Virus record (IMG/VR): IMGVR_UViG_2778261534_000007
Coordinates: 1 to 40,456 of that record
Source: a virus
Taxonomy: Duplodnaviria > Heunggongvirae > Uroviricota > Caudoviricetes
Length of the DNA: 40,456 bases
Strand: one strand, 5' to 3'
Below the pieces are notes generated by a model, which worked only from the letters and a program-made list of their open reading frames with translations, did no database searches and was not told where the DNA came from. Made by a program: the position numbers and the translations under genes. Positions 39,299 to 40,456 of the stretch are shown in pieces; position 1 is the stretch's first letter; every line of letters starts with the position of its first letter.

Positions 39299-40456
39299 TC
39301 ACTCCACCTTTTCATCAATCCAGTCCGCCCACCACTGCATCATTTCTCTGCGCTTATCGAGATACTGAGCATGGTTGTAAATCCCGCGCACAGAACCGCC
39401 GTTGGCATGTGCCAGTTGCACTTCAATAGCATCAGCAGGCCATTCGTGCTCGTTCATAATCGTGCTGAATTCATGCCTGAATCCGTGACCGCTTTCCAGA
39501 CCCTCATAGCCGATTTGTTTGATCACAAGCAGTACCGCGTTCTCGCAGATTGGCTTCTTCTTATCGTTGCGACCGGCAAAAACAAACTCTGATACTGGTT
39601 TGGTGATTGAGCTTAGCGTAGTGAGAAGTTCAACCACCTGGTCTGACATAGGAACCACATGAATTTTGCGTCCCTTCATCACACTGGCGTCGATGGTGAT
39701 AATCCTGTTTTCAAAATCGACGTTCTTCCATAGCATAGAACGAAGCTCTTTTGTTCTGAGGGCTGTGTAGCGTAAAACTTTGGTCGCAATGAGCGATACG
39801 ATGCTTCCTGAAAATGTTGCCAGTGCTTTGTTAAATGCCGGGATCTGGTCTGCAGGAAGAAACGGGAAGTTTTTCTTGCGGTATCCCTTCATGGCGTCAG
39901 CAAGGTCAGGTGCCGGGTTATATTTAGCCCTACCAGTGACAATAGCGTAACGGAAAACCTCGCCGCATCTTCTGCGTGCTTTGTTGGCTCGCTCCATTGC
40001 CCCGCGATCTTCAAATCTGCGGATTACTTCCAGCAGTTGCATCGGCTCAATATCCTGAATTTCAAGGCCGCCGATGATAGGTAAAATGTCGTCATCAAAC
40101 ATTTTTGCAAGTTCAGTCGCATAGGCGGCTGACCAGACTTGCTTCTTGTGCTCGTACCATTCCTTGTAAATCGCACTAAAGGAATTGTTGTTAGACGAAG
40201 CCTTTTTCGCCTTTACCGGATCGATGCCAACCGAGATGTCTTTCCTCGCAGTCCATGCCTTATCCCTTGCCTCCTGCAAAGTCATAAGCGGATATTTTCC
40301 GACGGTCAGGATTTTCTCCTTACCGTCAATCTTGTAGCGAAGCTGCCATACCTTTTTCCCTGATACAGGAACATAAAGGTACAGGCCATTACCATCGAGA
40401 AGGCGGTATGGTTTTTCTTTCGGCTTTGCTGCCTCAATCTGCTTAACGGTGAGCAT
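39299..40456 (-). CDS. intS: Tyrosine site-specific integrase (P4/IntS family), 385 aa
   Basis: SAM-like and catalytic domains (R...HGFRHEFSTIM...Y region); start codon is the last base of the window, so the promoter and attL/argW lie outside. Confidence 0.9.
   Translation of the reverse strand: MLTVKQIEAAKPKEKPYRLLDGNGLYLYVPVSGKKVWQLRYKIDGKEKILTVGKYPLMTLQEARDKAWTARKDISVGIDPVKAKKASSNNNSFSAIYKEWYEHKKQVWSAAYATELAKMFDDDILPIIGGLEIQDIEPMQLLEVIRRFEDRGAMERANKARRRCGEVFRYAIVTGRAKYNPAPDLADAMKGYRKKNFPFLPADQIPAFNKALATFSGSIVSLIATKVLRYTALRTKELRSMLWKNVDFENRIITIDASVMKGRKIHVVPMSDQVVELLTTLSSITKPVSEFVFAGRNDKKKPICENAVLLVIKQIGYEGLESGHGFRHEFSTIMNEHEWPADAIEVQLAHANGGSVRGIYNHAQYLDKRREMMQWWADWIDEKVE

Larger units (their letters stand above)
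1690..40456. mobile_element. Lambdoid/P22-like temperate prophage (KplE1/CPS-53-type integration module at argW); right boundary (attL/argW) lies beyond the window end
   Basis: Contiguous phage gene order from excisionase through early-left, immunity, replication, nin, Q, lysis, packaging, head, ejection, tailspike and conversion genes to the integrase; att core at the left end. Confidence 0.85.

Noticed and set aside
1-40456. Insertion sequences, transposases or integrons
   Set aside because: No transposase-like ORF or terminal inverted repeats were found; the only mobility genes are the prophage integrase and excisionase.

Overview
The window is almost entirely one ~38.8-kb temperate prophage of mosaic lambdoid type, integrated at the argW tRNA-Arg attachment site; there is no CRISPR array, rRNA or intact tRNA gene. 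All family and residue-level assignments below rest on reading the translations and on recalled reference sequences; no database search was run. Left flank: a LacY-family permease (CscB-like, 1..1248) and a 15-bp attR core (1690..1704). The recombination module is KplE1/CPS-53-like: a TorI-type excisionase sits at the left end (1778..1978) and an IntS-type tyrosine integrase at the right end (39299..40456), whose start codon is the last base of the window, so argW/attL should lie just beyond it. Early-left operon (minus strand, 2087..8730): accessory genes, RecT module, kil-like, cIII, an AT-rich unknown gene, then N with nutL and PL. Immunity region: a cI whose C-terminal domain matches lambda cI but whose DNA-binding domain differs, plus cro, nutR and cII. 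Replication: a T5orf172/GIY-YIG-like gene inserted between cII and O, an O-like initiator with internal iterons, and a DnaC-type loader. The nin region, Q, PR' and the S-R-Rz/Rz1 lysis cassette are nearly lambda-identical. The virion module is P22/Sf6-like (terminase, portal, scaffold, coat, gp4/gp10/gp26/gp14-position, three ejection proteins), followed by a lipoprotein, an orphan Mnt repressor, a chimeric tailspike and an AT-rich Oac-like acyltransferase. The most promising candidates for undescribed function are the T5orf172/GIY-YIG-like insertion (10642..11286), the AT-rich 156-aa gene in the sieB/ral slot (7925..8395), the uncharacterised early-left genes, and the lipoprotein/Mnt/tailspike/acyltransferase host-interaction block.
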